A DNA stretch of 64,000 nt from Macrostomum hystrix (Eukaryota; Animalia; Platyhelminthes), in contig CATNEN010000025.1 in assembly GCA_950097015.1 (NCBI GenBank), forward strand, positions 2,666,001 to 2,730,000, read 5' to 3'. Shown here in pieces: positions 35,872 to 47,998 of the stretch; within the stretch, counting starts at the first letter, position 1; every line of letters begins with the position of its first letter. The translations under genes were made by a program, and so were the position numbers. The notes beneath the pieces are model-generated. The model was not told where the DNA came from. It saw only the letters and a list, made by a program, of their open reading frames with translations, and did no database searches.

Positions 35872-37689
35872 ATATTAGCCTTCCCAAATCATTGGCGCTC
35901 ATTATTAGCCTTCCCAAATCATTTGGCGCTCATTATTAGCCTTCCCAAATCATTGGCGCTCATTATTAGCCTTCCCAAATCATTGGCGCTCATTATTAGC
36001 CTTCCCAAATCATTGGCGCTCATTATTAGCCTTCCCAAATCATTTGGCGCTCATTATTAGCCTTCCCAAATCATTGGCGCTCATTATTAGCCTTCCCAAA
36101 TCATTGGCGCTCATTATTAGCCTTCCCAAATCATTGGCGCTCATTATTAGCCTTCCCAAATCATTGGCGCTCATTATTAGCCTTCCCAAATCATTGGCGC
36201 TCATTATTAGCCTTCCCAAATCATTGGTGCTCATTATTAGCCTTCCCAAATCATTTGGCGCTCATTATTAGCCTTCCCAAATCATTGGCGCTCATTATTA
36301 GCCTTCCCAAATCATTGGCGCTCATTATTAGCCTTCCCAAATCATTTGGCGCTCATTATTAGCCTTCCCAAATCATTGGCGCTCATTATTAGCCTTCCCA
36401 AATCATTGGCGCTCATTATTAGCCTTCCCAAATCATTGGCGCTCATTATTAGCCTTCCCAAATCATTTGGCGCTCATTATTAGCCTTCCCAAATCATTGG
36501 CGCTCATTATTAGCCTTCCCAAATCATTGGCGCTCATTATTAGCCTTCCCAAATCATTGGCGCTCATTATTAGCCTTCCCAAATCATTGGCGCTCATTAT
36601 TAGCCTTCCCAAATCATTGGCGCTCATTATTAGCCTTCCCAAATCATTGGTGCTCATTATTAGCCTTCCCAAATCATTGGCGCTCATTATTAGCCTTCCC
36701 AAATCATTGGCGCTCATTATTAGCCTTCCCAAATCATTTGGCGCTCATTATTAGCCTTCCGAAATCATTGGCGCTCATTATTAGCCTTCCCAAATCATTG
36801 GCGCTCATTATTAGCCTTCCCAAATCATTGGCGCTCATTATTAGCCTTCCCAAATCATTTGGCGCTCATTATTAGCCTTCCGAAATCATTGGCGCTCATT
36901 ATTAGCCTTCCCAAATCATTGGCGCTCATTATTAGCCTTCCCAAATCATTTGGCGCTCATTATTAGCCTTCCCAAATCATTGGCGCTCATTATTAGCCTT
37001 CCCAAATCATTGGCGCTCATTATTAGCCTTCCCAAATCATTGGCGCTCATTATTAGCCTTCCCAAATCATTGGCGCTCATTATTAGCCTTCCCAAATCAT
37101 TGGCGCTCATTATTAGCCTTCCCAAATCATTGGCGCTCATTATTAGCCTTCCCAAATCATTGGCGCTCATTATTAGCCTTCCCAAATCATTGGCGCTCAT
37201 TATTAGCCTTCCCAAATCATTGGCGCTCATTATTAGCCTTCCCAAATCATTGGCGCTCATTATTAGCCTTCCCAAATCATTTGGCGCTCATTATTAGCCT
37301 TCCGAAATCATTGGCGCTCATTATTAGCCTTCCCAAATCATTGGCGCTCATTATTAGCCTTCCCAAATCATTGGCGCTCATTATTAGCCTTCCCAAATCA
37401 TTTGGCGCTCATTATTAGCCTTCCCAAATCATTGGCGCTCATTATTAGCCTTCCCAAATCATTGGCGCTCATTATTAGCCTTCCCAAATCATTGGCGCTC
37501 ATTATTAGCCTTCCCAAATCATTTGGCGCTCATTATTAGCCTTCCCAAATCATTGGCGCTCATTATTAGCCTTCCCAAATCATTGGCGCTCATTATTAGC
37601 CTTCCCAAATCATTGGCGCTCATTATTAGCCTTCCCAAATCATTGGCGCTCATTATTAGCCTTCCCAAATCATTGGCGCTCATTATTAG
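35872..37689. repeat. 30/31-bp minisatellite, about 60 copies (Mitf intron 3)
   Basis: Unit CATTATTAGCCTTCCCAAATCATTGGCGCT; ends 21 nt before the exon 4 acceptor. Confidence 0.97.
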
Positions 37690-37710
37690 TCTCTCCCCAA
37701 CGCATCGCAG

Positions 37711-37853
37711 GACCTGCAGTCAGTCATGATGGCCAATGGACTAGCTTCCGCCGATGACAAAGAATCAGACTTCGGTGACAGCCTGCTGCGCGATCTACTC
37801 GGCCTTCTGCCATCCTCGACCGGATTTGCTTCAGCTGAGCAAAATGGTGCCCT

Positions 37854-37894
<41 letters not shown>

Positions 37895-37977
37895 GCTCAG
37901 TGAAGCAGGAGCCAAGCGTCCAATCCGGCAATGAAGATGATCCAATGTTGAATGATGGCGGAGCGACCCTTAATTGA
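37711..37977 (+). CDS. Mitf: Mitf/TFE exon 4 (C-terminus, (CAG)13 poly-Q)
   Basis: Acceptor CGCATCGCAG|GAC, phase 0; DLQSVMMANGL parallels MITF ELEMQARAHGL; stop TAA. Confidence 0.85.
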
Positions 37978-38640
37978 GCTTGCAATTCGTACGAAAGTTC
38001 ATTTTCCTACCTCGTTCTATCGCTTATTCATAGTATATTTGCATCAATACTTTCCCTTCTCTTTGTTTGCTGTTACAGACCCTATTGCGCCTACTATCAG
38101 TAGTACAGTGAGAAAGGTGAATCAGTTAAAATGTATTTACAGCGCTAAAAATTATTCTAAATAACGAAATTGCTAAGATTGTTTTTTTCTTTTTGTGTCT
38201 GTTTATAGGAGCGCGTACAGTATTTACAGTGCTGATTTAGCCAGTCAATTCCCAAAGGGAGATTCTCGCGAGTTTATTGCAGCTCGTAATTAATTGTGTC
38301 TAACTTCGCTTCACTTATGCTACATAATGTAAATAATACGCTTATTATGAATTACGCAGTTAATTTTTCATTTGTTTTTATTACCACTAAAAGACAGATC
38401 ACAGATTTGTTATTATTGTAATTTAATTGCCGCTTTTTTTCATCTGCGTATTGGCAGATCAATTAAACCATTGCTTTTGCTTCACCACTATATTTTTTCG
38501 TCATTTTTGAATACATTCAGTATTTGCTTCCGTTGTCACTGACCAGTCAATAAATCTGACAACTGCCCATTGACCATTGTTCTGCTTTTTTGTTTTTTTG
38601 CTTTTATTTCGTTAGACAACGAAATATTTTTGTGGTAAAA

Positions 38641-39475
38641 AAGGAAAACCCATTGATTTGAACAAGGGAATTCATGGATTTGGACAAGGGAATCCCGTTG
38701 ATTTAGACAACGGAATCCCATTGATTTGGACAAGGGAATCCCATTGATTTAGACAAGGAAATCCCATTGATTTAGACAAGGAAATCCCCTTGATTTAGAC
38801 AAGGAAATCCCGTTGATTTAGACAATGAAATCCCATTGATTTAGACAAGGAAATCCCATTGATTTAGACAAGGGAATCCCATTGATTTAGACAAGGGAAT
38901 CCCATTGATTTATACAAGGGAATCCCATTGATTTAGACAAGGGAATCCCATTGATTTAGACAAGGAAATCCCATTGATTTAGACAAGGGAATCCCATTGA
39001 TTTAGAGAAGGAAATCCCATTGATTTAGACAAGGGAATCCCATTGATTTAGACAAGGAAATCCCATTGATTTAGATAAGGGAATCCCATTGATTTAGACA
39101 AGGAAATCCCATTGATTTAGACAAGGGAATCCCATTGATTTAGACAAGGAAATCCCCTTGATTTAGACAAGGGAATCCCATTGATTTAGACAAGGAAATC
39201 CCATTGATTTATACAAGGGAATCCCATTGATTTAGACAAGGGAATCCCATTTATTTAGACAAGGAAATCCCATTGATTTAGACAAGGGAATCCCGTTGAT
39301 TTAGACAAGGGAATCCCGTTAATTAAGACAAGGGAATCCCATTAATTTGAACAAGGGAATCCCATTGATTTAGACAATGGAATCCCGTTAATTAAGACAA
39401 GGGAATCCCGTTGATTTAGACAAGGGAATCCCGTTAATTAAGACAAGGGAATCCCATTAATTAGGACAAGTGAAT
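38641..39475. repeat. 23-bp minisatellite, about 36 copies, GGGAATCCC core
   Basis: Unit GATTTAGACAAGGGAATCCCATT; followed by GGGAATTTCC at 39480-39489. Confidence 0.95.
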
Positions 39476-39819
39476 ACCAGGGAATTTCCAACTTTGCAAT
39501 GCGGAATCGGTAACCAATTTACTGGAATTTATTTTTCAGAAGTAAATCTGTGCTCAATGATTTGTTTAATTAGTTTTTTTGACGTGTTCACTGCTCAATC
39601 ACTTATAGCCCTGTGTTGATTAAAAGATAGTTGATTTATTTTTAAATAGATTTTCAACACAGGTTGCCGTGCTTCTAAAATGTATAGTTTCCGTCAAATT
39701 GTTTAATAGTACAATAGTGTAGTATTGTGTCAGCAATGCAAAGTCATTTATGGGGTTTTGCAGCTTTTACAGTTTAATAATTTTGTTGTGCTTTTCTAAG
39801 GAGAACTTGTGAAATCTGA

Positions 39820-40650
39820 ACAGGTAGATTGTATCTAACAGGTAGGATCCTATTTAACAGGTTAAGTCCTAGCAGGTAGGTCTTATCTATAACAGATGGG
39901 GTTCCATCTAGCAGCTGGGGCCCTATCTGACATGTAAGTTTCTATCTCACAGGTAGGGTTCTAGCTAACATGAAGGGTTCTGCCTAACAGGTAGGGTTCT
40001 GTCTAACATGTAGGCTTCTATCTAACAGGTAGGCTTCTATCTCACAGGTAGGCTTCTATCTAACATGTAGGGTTCTGTCTAACAGGCAGGGTTCTGTCTA
40101 ACAGGCAGGGTTCTGTCTAACAGGCAGGGTTCTGTCTAACAGGTAGGGTTCTGTCTAACAGGTAGGGTTCTGTCTAACATGTAGAGATCTGTCTAACTGG
40201 CAGGGTTCTATCTAACATGTAGGGTTCTATCTAACATCTAGGGTTCTATCAATAACAGGTAGGGTTCTATCTAACATGAAGGGTTCTGTCTAACAGGTAG
40301 GGTTCTGTCTAACATGTAGGCTTCTATCTAACAGGTAGGCTTCTATCTCACAGGTAGGGTTCTATCTAACATGTAGGGTTCTGTCTAACAGGCAGGGTTC
40401 TGTCTAACATGTAGGCTTCTATCTAACAGGTAGGCTTCTATCTCACAGGTAGGGTTCTATCTAACATGAAGGGTTCTGCCTAACAGGTAGGGTTCTGTCT
40501 AACATGTAGGCTTCTATCTAACAGGTAGGGTTCTATCTAACATGTACGGTTCTGTCTAACGGGTAGAGCTCTATCTAAATTGTAGGGTTCTATCGAACAT
40601 GTAGGGTTCTGTCTCACAGGTTGGGTTCTAACAGGTAGTCGTGTCTAACA
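39820..40650. repeat. 19-bp minisatellite
   Basis: Unit CTAACAGGTAGGGTTCTGT with variants. Confidence 0.92.
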
Positions 40651-41369
40651 AGTTGAATTCTATCCTTTTAACAGGTGACAAGGTCGATAATCAGGTATCC
40701 TTGTGAAAATTCCATATTTATTTGAAACGCAGTAAAATATTGTACAATTTTTTAACAAGACTTTTAAAACGGAGTGCGAAACTGTTGTAAATATTTTTGC
40801 TCTAAAAAAACTACCGAACATTTTCGGCCGAAACATTTTAATCCACTACTTACCTATGCCTCTCTTATTCATGTTTTCTTCTGCAGACCTTTCGCGTCCT
40901 TATTATACTCCAACAACATAGGGAACTTCCTTCAAGGCTTGCCCTAAAACATTTTATATGACCTATTTGAGTTAGTTGGCGTGTCCAGTTCTTTGTTGAT
41001 GACGTCATTTATGGTGACAATATTGACTGTGAGAGATTTCCTATGCTGGAAATTCATTACCTGTCACTAGTAGTATAACACTGTTTCATTTCTTATTCTA
41101 ATCAACATCTTTCTCCCTACAATCACTCAAACTGCGAAATTGGCTTTAGAAATTTAGCATGTAAATAAAAAATACCGTTAATTTTGTGACTTTTTGTCTC
41201 AGTTCTCTTCACCATAATAATTTCTTTATTGTGTTTTTTTTGGTTTTTTATTTTTTTGGCTTGCTTGTTTCGCGTAAGCCTTTCATATTTTTAATAAAGT
41301 GACTAGTCTAAGTTATGCAAGACTTTTGAAAGCACTCAAACTGTTTCCGTATCACTCAGGTACTCTCTT

Positions 41370-41750
41370 GTCACTCTTATGATTTTCTTGTCACGCCGGT
41401 TGATTCTCTTGTCACTCTTACGAGTATGATTTTCTTTTCACTCTGGTGATTCTCTAATCACGCCAGTTGATTCTCTGTTAATTCTCTTGGCACTCTGTTA
41501 ATTTTCTTGGCACTCTGTTGATTCTCTTGTCACTCTTACGAGTATGATTTTCTTTTCACTCTGGTGATTCTCTAGTCACGCCAGTTGATTCTCTTGGCAC
41601 TCTGCTAATTCTCTCGTCACTCTGTTGATGCTCTTGTCACTCTGCAGATTTTTTTCACTCTGTAGATTTTCTTGTCACTCTGGTGATTCTTATCTCTCTG
41701 GCGAATTCTTGTCACTCTCGTTGATTATTTGTCACTCTGGCGAATTCATG
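41370..41750. repeat. Degenerate repeat of about 20 bp
   Basis: Recurring TCACTCTGTTGATTCTCTTG-like units. Confidence 0.7.
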
Positions 41751-42280
41751 TTCATCTGCTGAATTGAGATTCACTGGGGTAATCAGCGTGTCATGAAGGT
41801 AATTCACACGCAATGAAAATGTACAATTTAAAGCTGTTCATTTGGATATGAAATAACCGTTTTCAAGACAACAATCACGTACGAACCTTATATTTATAAA
41901 AATGTTTTGAATTAGTCTCTGTCCCGATTTCCTAGACGTTTAGACTTGAACTTTTTAAGTGGTTTGGGTGAAGAGATGTATTACATACTACTCACCAACG
42001 GTAATGTAAGTAGCGCACAGCATATGCAATATATCATGATACATTTTTGTGCCGGATTAAAAATGGAACATAGAAGAAAACGGTATGGATTAGAGTGTAT
42101 GACAAATGGCAATGACAGCTCGTTTAATTTGATGGCACTTTGGAAGTGAACATTTATTACGCCATTGTTCAGGATAACTCGATTTGCTGGTCTAACTGAG
42201 GACAAGGCACTGTTTTAATTGCAAAACATAGAAGCACGAAACATAGTTTTTTTAAGAACAGCTTTCTTGCCAACTATCTT

Positions 42281-45200
42281 TCTAACAGATTAACAGACCA
42301 GTTCACTGTCTAACAGATTTACAGACCAGTTCACAGTCTAACAGATTTACAGACCAGTTCACTGTCTAACAGATTCACAGATCAGTTCACTGTCTAACAG
42401 ATTCACAGATCAGTTCACTGTCTAACAGATTTACAGACCAGTTCACAGTCTAACAGATTTACAGATCAGTTCACTGTCTAACAGATTTACAGACCAGTTC
42501 ACAGTCTAACAGATTTACAGACCAGTTCACAGTCTAACAGATTTACAGACCAGTTCAAAGTCTAACAGATTTACAGATCAGTTCACAGTCTAACAGATTT
42601 ACAGACCAGTTCACTGTCTAACAGATTTACAGACCAGTTCACAGTCTAACAGATTTACAGATCAGTTCACAGTCTAACAGATTTACAGACCAGTTCACTG
42701 TCTAACAGATTTACAGACAATTTCACTGTCTAACAGATTTACAGATCAGTTCACTGTCTAACAGATTTACAGACCAGTTCACAGTCTAACAGATTTACAG
42801 ACCTGTCCACAGTCTAACAGATTTACAGATCAGTTCACTGTCTAACAGATTTACAGACCAGTTCACAGTCTAACAGATTTACAGATCAGTTCACTGTCTA
42901 ACAGATTCACAGATCAGTTCACTGTCTAACAGATTTACAGACCAGTTCACAGTCTAACAGATTTACAGACCAGTTCACAGTCTAACAGATTTACAGATCA
43001 GTTCACAGTCTAACAGATTTACAGACCAGTTCACTGTCTAACAGATTTACAGACCAGTTCACAGTCTAACAGATTTACAGATCAGTTCACAGTCTAACAG
43101 ATTTACAGACCAGTTCACTGTCTAACAGATTTACAGACAATTTCACTGTCTAACAGATTTACAGATCAGTTCACTGTCTAACAGATTTACAGACCAGTTC
43201 ACTGTCTAACAGATTTACAGACCAGTTCACAGTCTAACAGATTTACAGACCAGTTCACAGTCTAACAGATTTACAGACCAGTTCACAGTCTAACAGATTT
43301 ACAGATCAGTTCACAGTCTAACAGATTTACAGACCAGTTCACAGTCTAACAGATTTACAGACCAGTTTACAGTCTAACAGATTCACAGACCAGTTCACAG
43401 TCTAACAGATTTACAGACCAGTTCACTGTCTAACAGATTTACAGATCAGTTCACAGTCTAACAGATTTACAGACCAGTTCACTGTCTAACAGATTCACAG
43501 ACCAGTTCACTGTCTAACAGATTTACAGATCAGTTCACAGTCTAACAGATTTACAGACCAGTTCACAGTCTAACAGATTTACAGACCAGTTCACAGTCTA
43601 ACAGATTTACAGACCAGTTCACTGTCTAACAGATTTACAGATCAGTTCAATGTCTAACAGATTTACAGACCAGTTCACTGTCTAACAGATTCACAGATCA
43701 GTTCACTGTCTAACAGATTTACAGATCAGTTCACAGTCTAACAGATTTACAGACCAGTTCACTGTCTAACAGATTCACAGACCAGTTCACAGTCTAACAG
43801 ATTCACAGACCAGTTCACAGTCTAACAGATTTACAGACCAGTTCACAGTCTAACAGATTCACAGACCAGTTCACAGTCTAACAGATTTACAGACCAGTTC
43901 ACAGTCTAACAGATTCACAGACCAGTTCACAGTCTAACAGATTTACAGACCAGTTCACAGTCTAACAGATTCACAGACCAGTTCACAGTCTAACAGATTT
44001 ACAGACCAGTTCACTGTCTAACAGATTCACAGACCAGTTCACAGTCTAACAGATTTACAGACCAGTTCACAGTCTAACAGATTTACAGACCAGTTCACAG
44101 TCTAACAGATTCACAGACCAGTTCACAGTCTAACAGATTTACAGACCAGTTCACAGTCTAACAGATTCACAGACCAGTTCACAGTCTAACAGATTTACAG
44201 ACCAGTTCACAGTCTAACAGATTCACAGACCAGTTCACAGTCTAACAGATTTACAGACCAGTTCACTGTCTAACAGATTCACAGACCAGTTCACAGTCTA
44301 ACAGATTTACAGACCAGTTCACTGTCTAACAGATTCACAGACCAGTTCACTGTCTAACAGATTTACAGACAATTTCACTGTCTAACAGATTTACAGATCA
44401 GTTCACTGTCTAACAGATTTACAGACCAGTTCACTGTCTAACAGATTTACAGACCAGTTCACAGTCTAACAGATTTACAGACCAGTTCACAGTCTAACAG
44501 ATTTACAGACCAGTTCACAGTCTAACAGATTTACAGATCAGTTCACAGTCTAACAGATTTACAGACCAGTTCACAGTCTAACAGATTTACAGACCAGTTT
44601 ACAGTCTAACAGATTCACAGACCAGTTCACAGTCTAACAGATTTACAGACCAGTTCACTGTCTAACAGATTTACAGATCAGTTCACAGTCTAACAGATTT
44701 ACAGACCAGTTCACTGTCTAACAGATTCACAGACCAGTTCACTGTCTAACAGATTTACAGATCAGTTCACAGTCTAACAGATTTACAGACCAGTTCACAG
44801 TCTAACAGATTTACAGACCAGTTCACAGTCTAACAGATTTACAGACCAGTTCACTGTCTAACAGATTTACAGATCAGTTCAATGTCTAACAGATTTACAG
44901 ACCAGTTCACTGTCTAACAGATTCACAGATCAGTTCACTGTCTAACAGATTTACAGATCAGTTCACAGTCTAACAGATTTACAGACCAGTTCACTGTCTA
45001 ACAGATTCACAGACCAGTTCACAGTCTAACAGATTCACAGACCAGTTCACAGTCTAACAGATTTACAGACCAGTTCACAGTCTAACAGATTCACAGACCA
45101 GTTCACAGTCTAACAGATTTACAGACCAGTTCACAGTCTAACAGATTCACAGACCAGTTCACAGTCTAACAGATTTACAGACCAGTTCACAGTCTAACAG

Positions 45201-45646
45201 ATTCACAGACCAGTTCACAGTCTAACAGATTTACAGACCAGTTCACTGTCTAACAGATTCACAGACCAGTTCACAGTCTAACAGATTTACAGACCAGTTC
45301 ACAGTCTAACAGATTTACAGACCAGTTCACAGTCTAACAGATTCACAGACCAGTTCACAGTCTAACAGATTTACAGACCAGTTCACAGTCTAACAGATTC
45401 ACAGACCAGTTCACAGTCTAACAGATTTACAGACCAGTTCACAGTCTAACAGATTCACAGACCAGTTCACAGTCTAACAGATTTACAGACCAGTTCACTG
45501 TCTAACAGATTCACAGACCAGTTCACAGTCTAACAGATTTACAGACCAGTTCACTGTCTAACAGATTCACAGACCAGTTCACAGTCTAACAGATTCACAG
45601 ACCAGTTCACAGTCTAACAGATTCACAGACCAGTTCACTGTCTAAC
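42281..45646. repeat. 28-bp satellite, about 120 copies, with 420-bp and 1232-bp higher-order duplications
   Basis: Unit ACAGATTTACAGACCAGTTCACAGTCTA. Rare variants recur at offset 1232 (43137/44369, 43361/44593, 43641/44873) and offset 420 (42717/43137). Confidence 0.97.
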
Positions 45647-45700
45647 CTTCATATATTTCACCATTGTTAAGTGTCGCGACCATTTCAATTAGTCTATGGG

Positions 45701-45841
45701 CTAACTGGCCAGCCGGCTGGCTCCCGACTCGCTGACGAAAACTTCCTCCTGCACTGAGGCCGCCGATGTGGCTGTTGTGACACTCGCCAGCCGCACCATC
45801 CGACTGGTGCAATTCGTAGAATAATTCGATGTTGGCCGGTG

Positions 45842-45879
<38 letters not shown>

Positions 45880-46179
45880 GTCGGACTTGTTCGTTGCTTA
45901 GCAACCGAATCGGCACCTGTCGCCAGCGTTGCCGACTTGCAGTAGCGTCCTCGCCGCCGCCAGACTGAGTTCGACGCGCCTCAATTGATGAAGGCGTCGA
46001 CATTAGCGACGAAGAATTCGACGAGGAGGTTGACGCGGATGTTGAAGCCTGCGACTGCTGTTGTTGAAACGGCGGCGGGGGTGGAGGTGGTCGCCGCCGT
46101 TGAACCATCGGTGGCATTGGCAGCGGAGGCTCTTTGATTTTTGTTGACTTTGTCGCGCTGTGCAGTGAGAAGACCTCTT
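45701..46179 (-). CDS. Unassigned protein, last exon (poly-P, Ser-rich, poly-Q)
   Basis: Acceptor CTCTCTTCAG|AA completes a phase-1 codon; GC-rich open frame EEVFSLHS...PPPPPPP...Q11 to stop at 45701. Confidence 0.65.
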
Positions 46180-46262
46180 CTGAAGAGAGCATGGTGGTTT
46201 GTAATATCCTGCACCCATCGCGCACAGGTTGTATAAAACTCCAGTCTTATTCTGCGACTTAC

Positions 46263-46470
46263 CGTCGGCATTGTCTGCAGCCAGGTCGTCATCTTCTTGG
46301 TCGGCTAGGACAGCCTGGCAGCTTCCCCCGTAGCCGTTCGACCCGGCGCCTCTGCGCGGCGTCGGGGTTGCTGCAGCTGCCGCGGTGCAGTGGGATCGAA
46401 TCTGGGCTATCAGGCTGTCGCAGGCGTTGATGTTACTAAGAATCTGGGCATTGTCGGCCGATAAGGTGCG
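46263..46470 (-). CDS. Unassigned protein, middle exon
   Basis: Pyrimidine-rich acceptor CCACCTCGCCAG|CGC and strong donor GACG|GTAAGT (83-bp intron); RTLSADNAQILSNINACDSLIAQIRSH. Confidence 0.7.
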
Positions 46471-46614
46471 CTGGCGAGGTGGATTGGCGAGTTGGAATGA
46501 AGGAGAGGAAAGATTCAGCTTTTGTTTTCAAATTTCCAGCGCCTTTTGTGTAAAATGTATGTCTAGTCGTTCTTCTATATTCTTCAATATCGAGCCACCT
46601 CACCTCATTTCCAC

Positions 46615-47050
46615 AACCACCCAGTATCTACATCTACCTCACTCCCTACTCCTCCACACCCCTAGTATCTACAGCCATCCCACTCGCTACTTCTCGTCAA
46701 TTCGTCAAATACCCCACTCCCTAACCATCGATAGCCATCCCACTCCTCACTCCTCCAACCTTCTGTTTCTTCAGCCACCCCACTCCCTACTCCTAAACAC
46801 CCATCAGTTTCTACAGCCACCCCACTCCCTGCTCCTAGACACCCATCAGTTTCTACAGCCACCCCACTCCCTGCTCCTAGACACCCATCAGTTTCTACAG
46901 CCACCCCACTCCCTGCTCCTAGACACCCATCAGTTTCTACAGCCACCCCACTCCCTGCTCCTAGACACCCATCAGTTTCCACAAACATTCTACTCCCTAC
47001 ATTTCACACCCCTAGTTTCTACAGCTACTCCCATCCCCTCCACACCCTTC
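46615..47050. repeat. 42-bp minisatellite (about 5 clean copies plus degenerate flanks)
   Basis: Unit CCACCCCACTCCCTGCTCCTAGACACCCATCAGTTTCTACAG. Confidence 0.88.
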
Positions 47051-47655
47051 AATTTATACAGCCATAATTTCTTCAAAGACTAATTCTACAATTTCACACC
47101 CGTTTCTTCGACCACCCCAGTACCTAACCTACCCTTCCCATTTAATACAAACGAACCTATTCTACTTTTCCGCCTGGCATATAATTCCGTCATGATACGT
47201 AGAGTGCAATATTAATAGCCTGCAGAATAAGCCTCGATGATATTAGCTAGATGTCAACAGCAATCGCGCAAAACATACTGAAGTAGGAAAGAGCTGTTGA
47301 ATTCAGACATCAACTGGACGAGCTTATCCGCAAAGGGCACCCGCACGGTGGTTGTTCGATGGCTAACCTTGAAAAAACTGTATGCACCCAAGAAGGGCTG
47401 CACTTTTCCATCTATCCGCGTGCCAACTGCTATGCGCACTGTGTTCAGTCCTCTGGGGTGTGCGGGCGATGGGAAAAATATTCACTCGCTCAACAGGGAA
47501 AATATTGAACAAGAGCTACAGGTAAAGGAGGGACACAGGACGTCATTTTTCTTCCCAGTGAATTCAGGTGCCAGTTGCACCGCTTGACGTATTGGAGTGT
47601 CTTCTAAAAGCTTCACTGTATATATGGATATTGGATAGAGAGGTTTAATAGATAG

Positions 47656-47702
47656 AACCCTAACCCTAACCCTAACCCTAACCCTAACCCTAACCCTAAC
47701 CC
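47656..47702 (-). repeat. Interstitial telomeric repeat, about 8 units of TTAGGG
   Basis: AACCC followed by (TAACCC)7 on the + strand. Confidence 0.95.
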
Positions 47703-47703
47703 A

Positions 47704-47830
47704 CTTCGGCAGATAGGCAGCCAGTGGCACAGTTGCAGCGTTTGCTCGGCGCTTCCAACGCCTGTGTACAACTATTCTGTCCATGGACCGGGGGACCGCT
47801 ACACCACTTTATACCCCAGTTAATCCAAGC
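47704..47830 (-). mobile_element. SINE family B, 5'-truncated 3' fragment
   Basis: GTACAACTATTCTGTCCATGGACCGGGGG and GGCACAGTTGCAGCGTTTGCT align with the 3' parts of the 52846-53135 and 58060 copies. Confidence 0.6.
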
Positions 47831-47896
47831 ACACAAATTTATCAAAACCTCTCGATTAGTAATAAAAAAATTGCTGATTGAGCAGCTGCTACTCAC

Positions 47897-47998
47897 TCGC
47901 TGTTTCATCAGCCAGTCGATCCTGTCCTCGATTCTTTGCCAACGATCTCCAACCGCTGTCCCAGTTTGTTCATCCGGTCCTCCGGTGGACGCAATCAT
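47897..47998 (-). CDS. Unassigned protein, first coding exon (start of coiled coil)
   Basis: MIASTGGPDEQTGTAVGDRWQRIEDRIDWLMKQR ends at a phase-0 CGA|GTGAGT donor that joins 46470 in frame. Model total is 262 aa. Confidence 0.6.

Noticed and set aside
47254-47587. ORFs on both strands as an extra exon or a LINE fragment
   Set aside because: The minus-strand donor (CA|GTATGT) puts the next exon out of frame, and the plus-strand LYAPKKG resemblance to LINE RT is too weak to call without a search.
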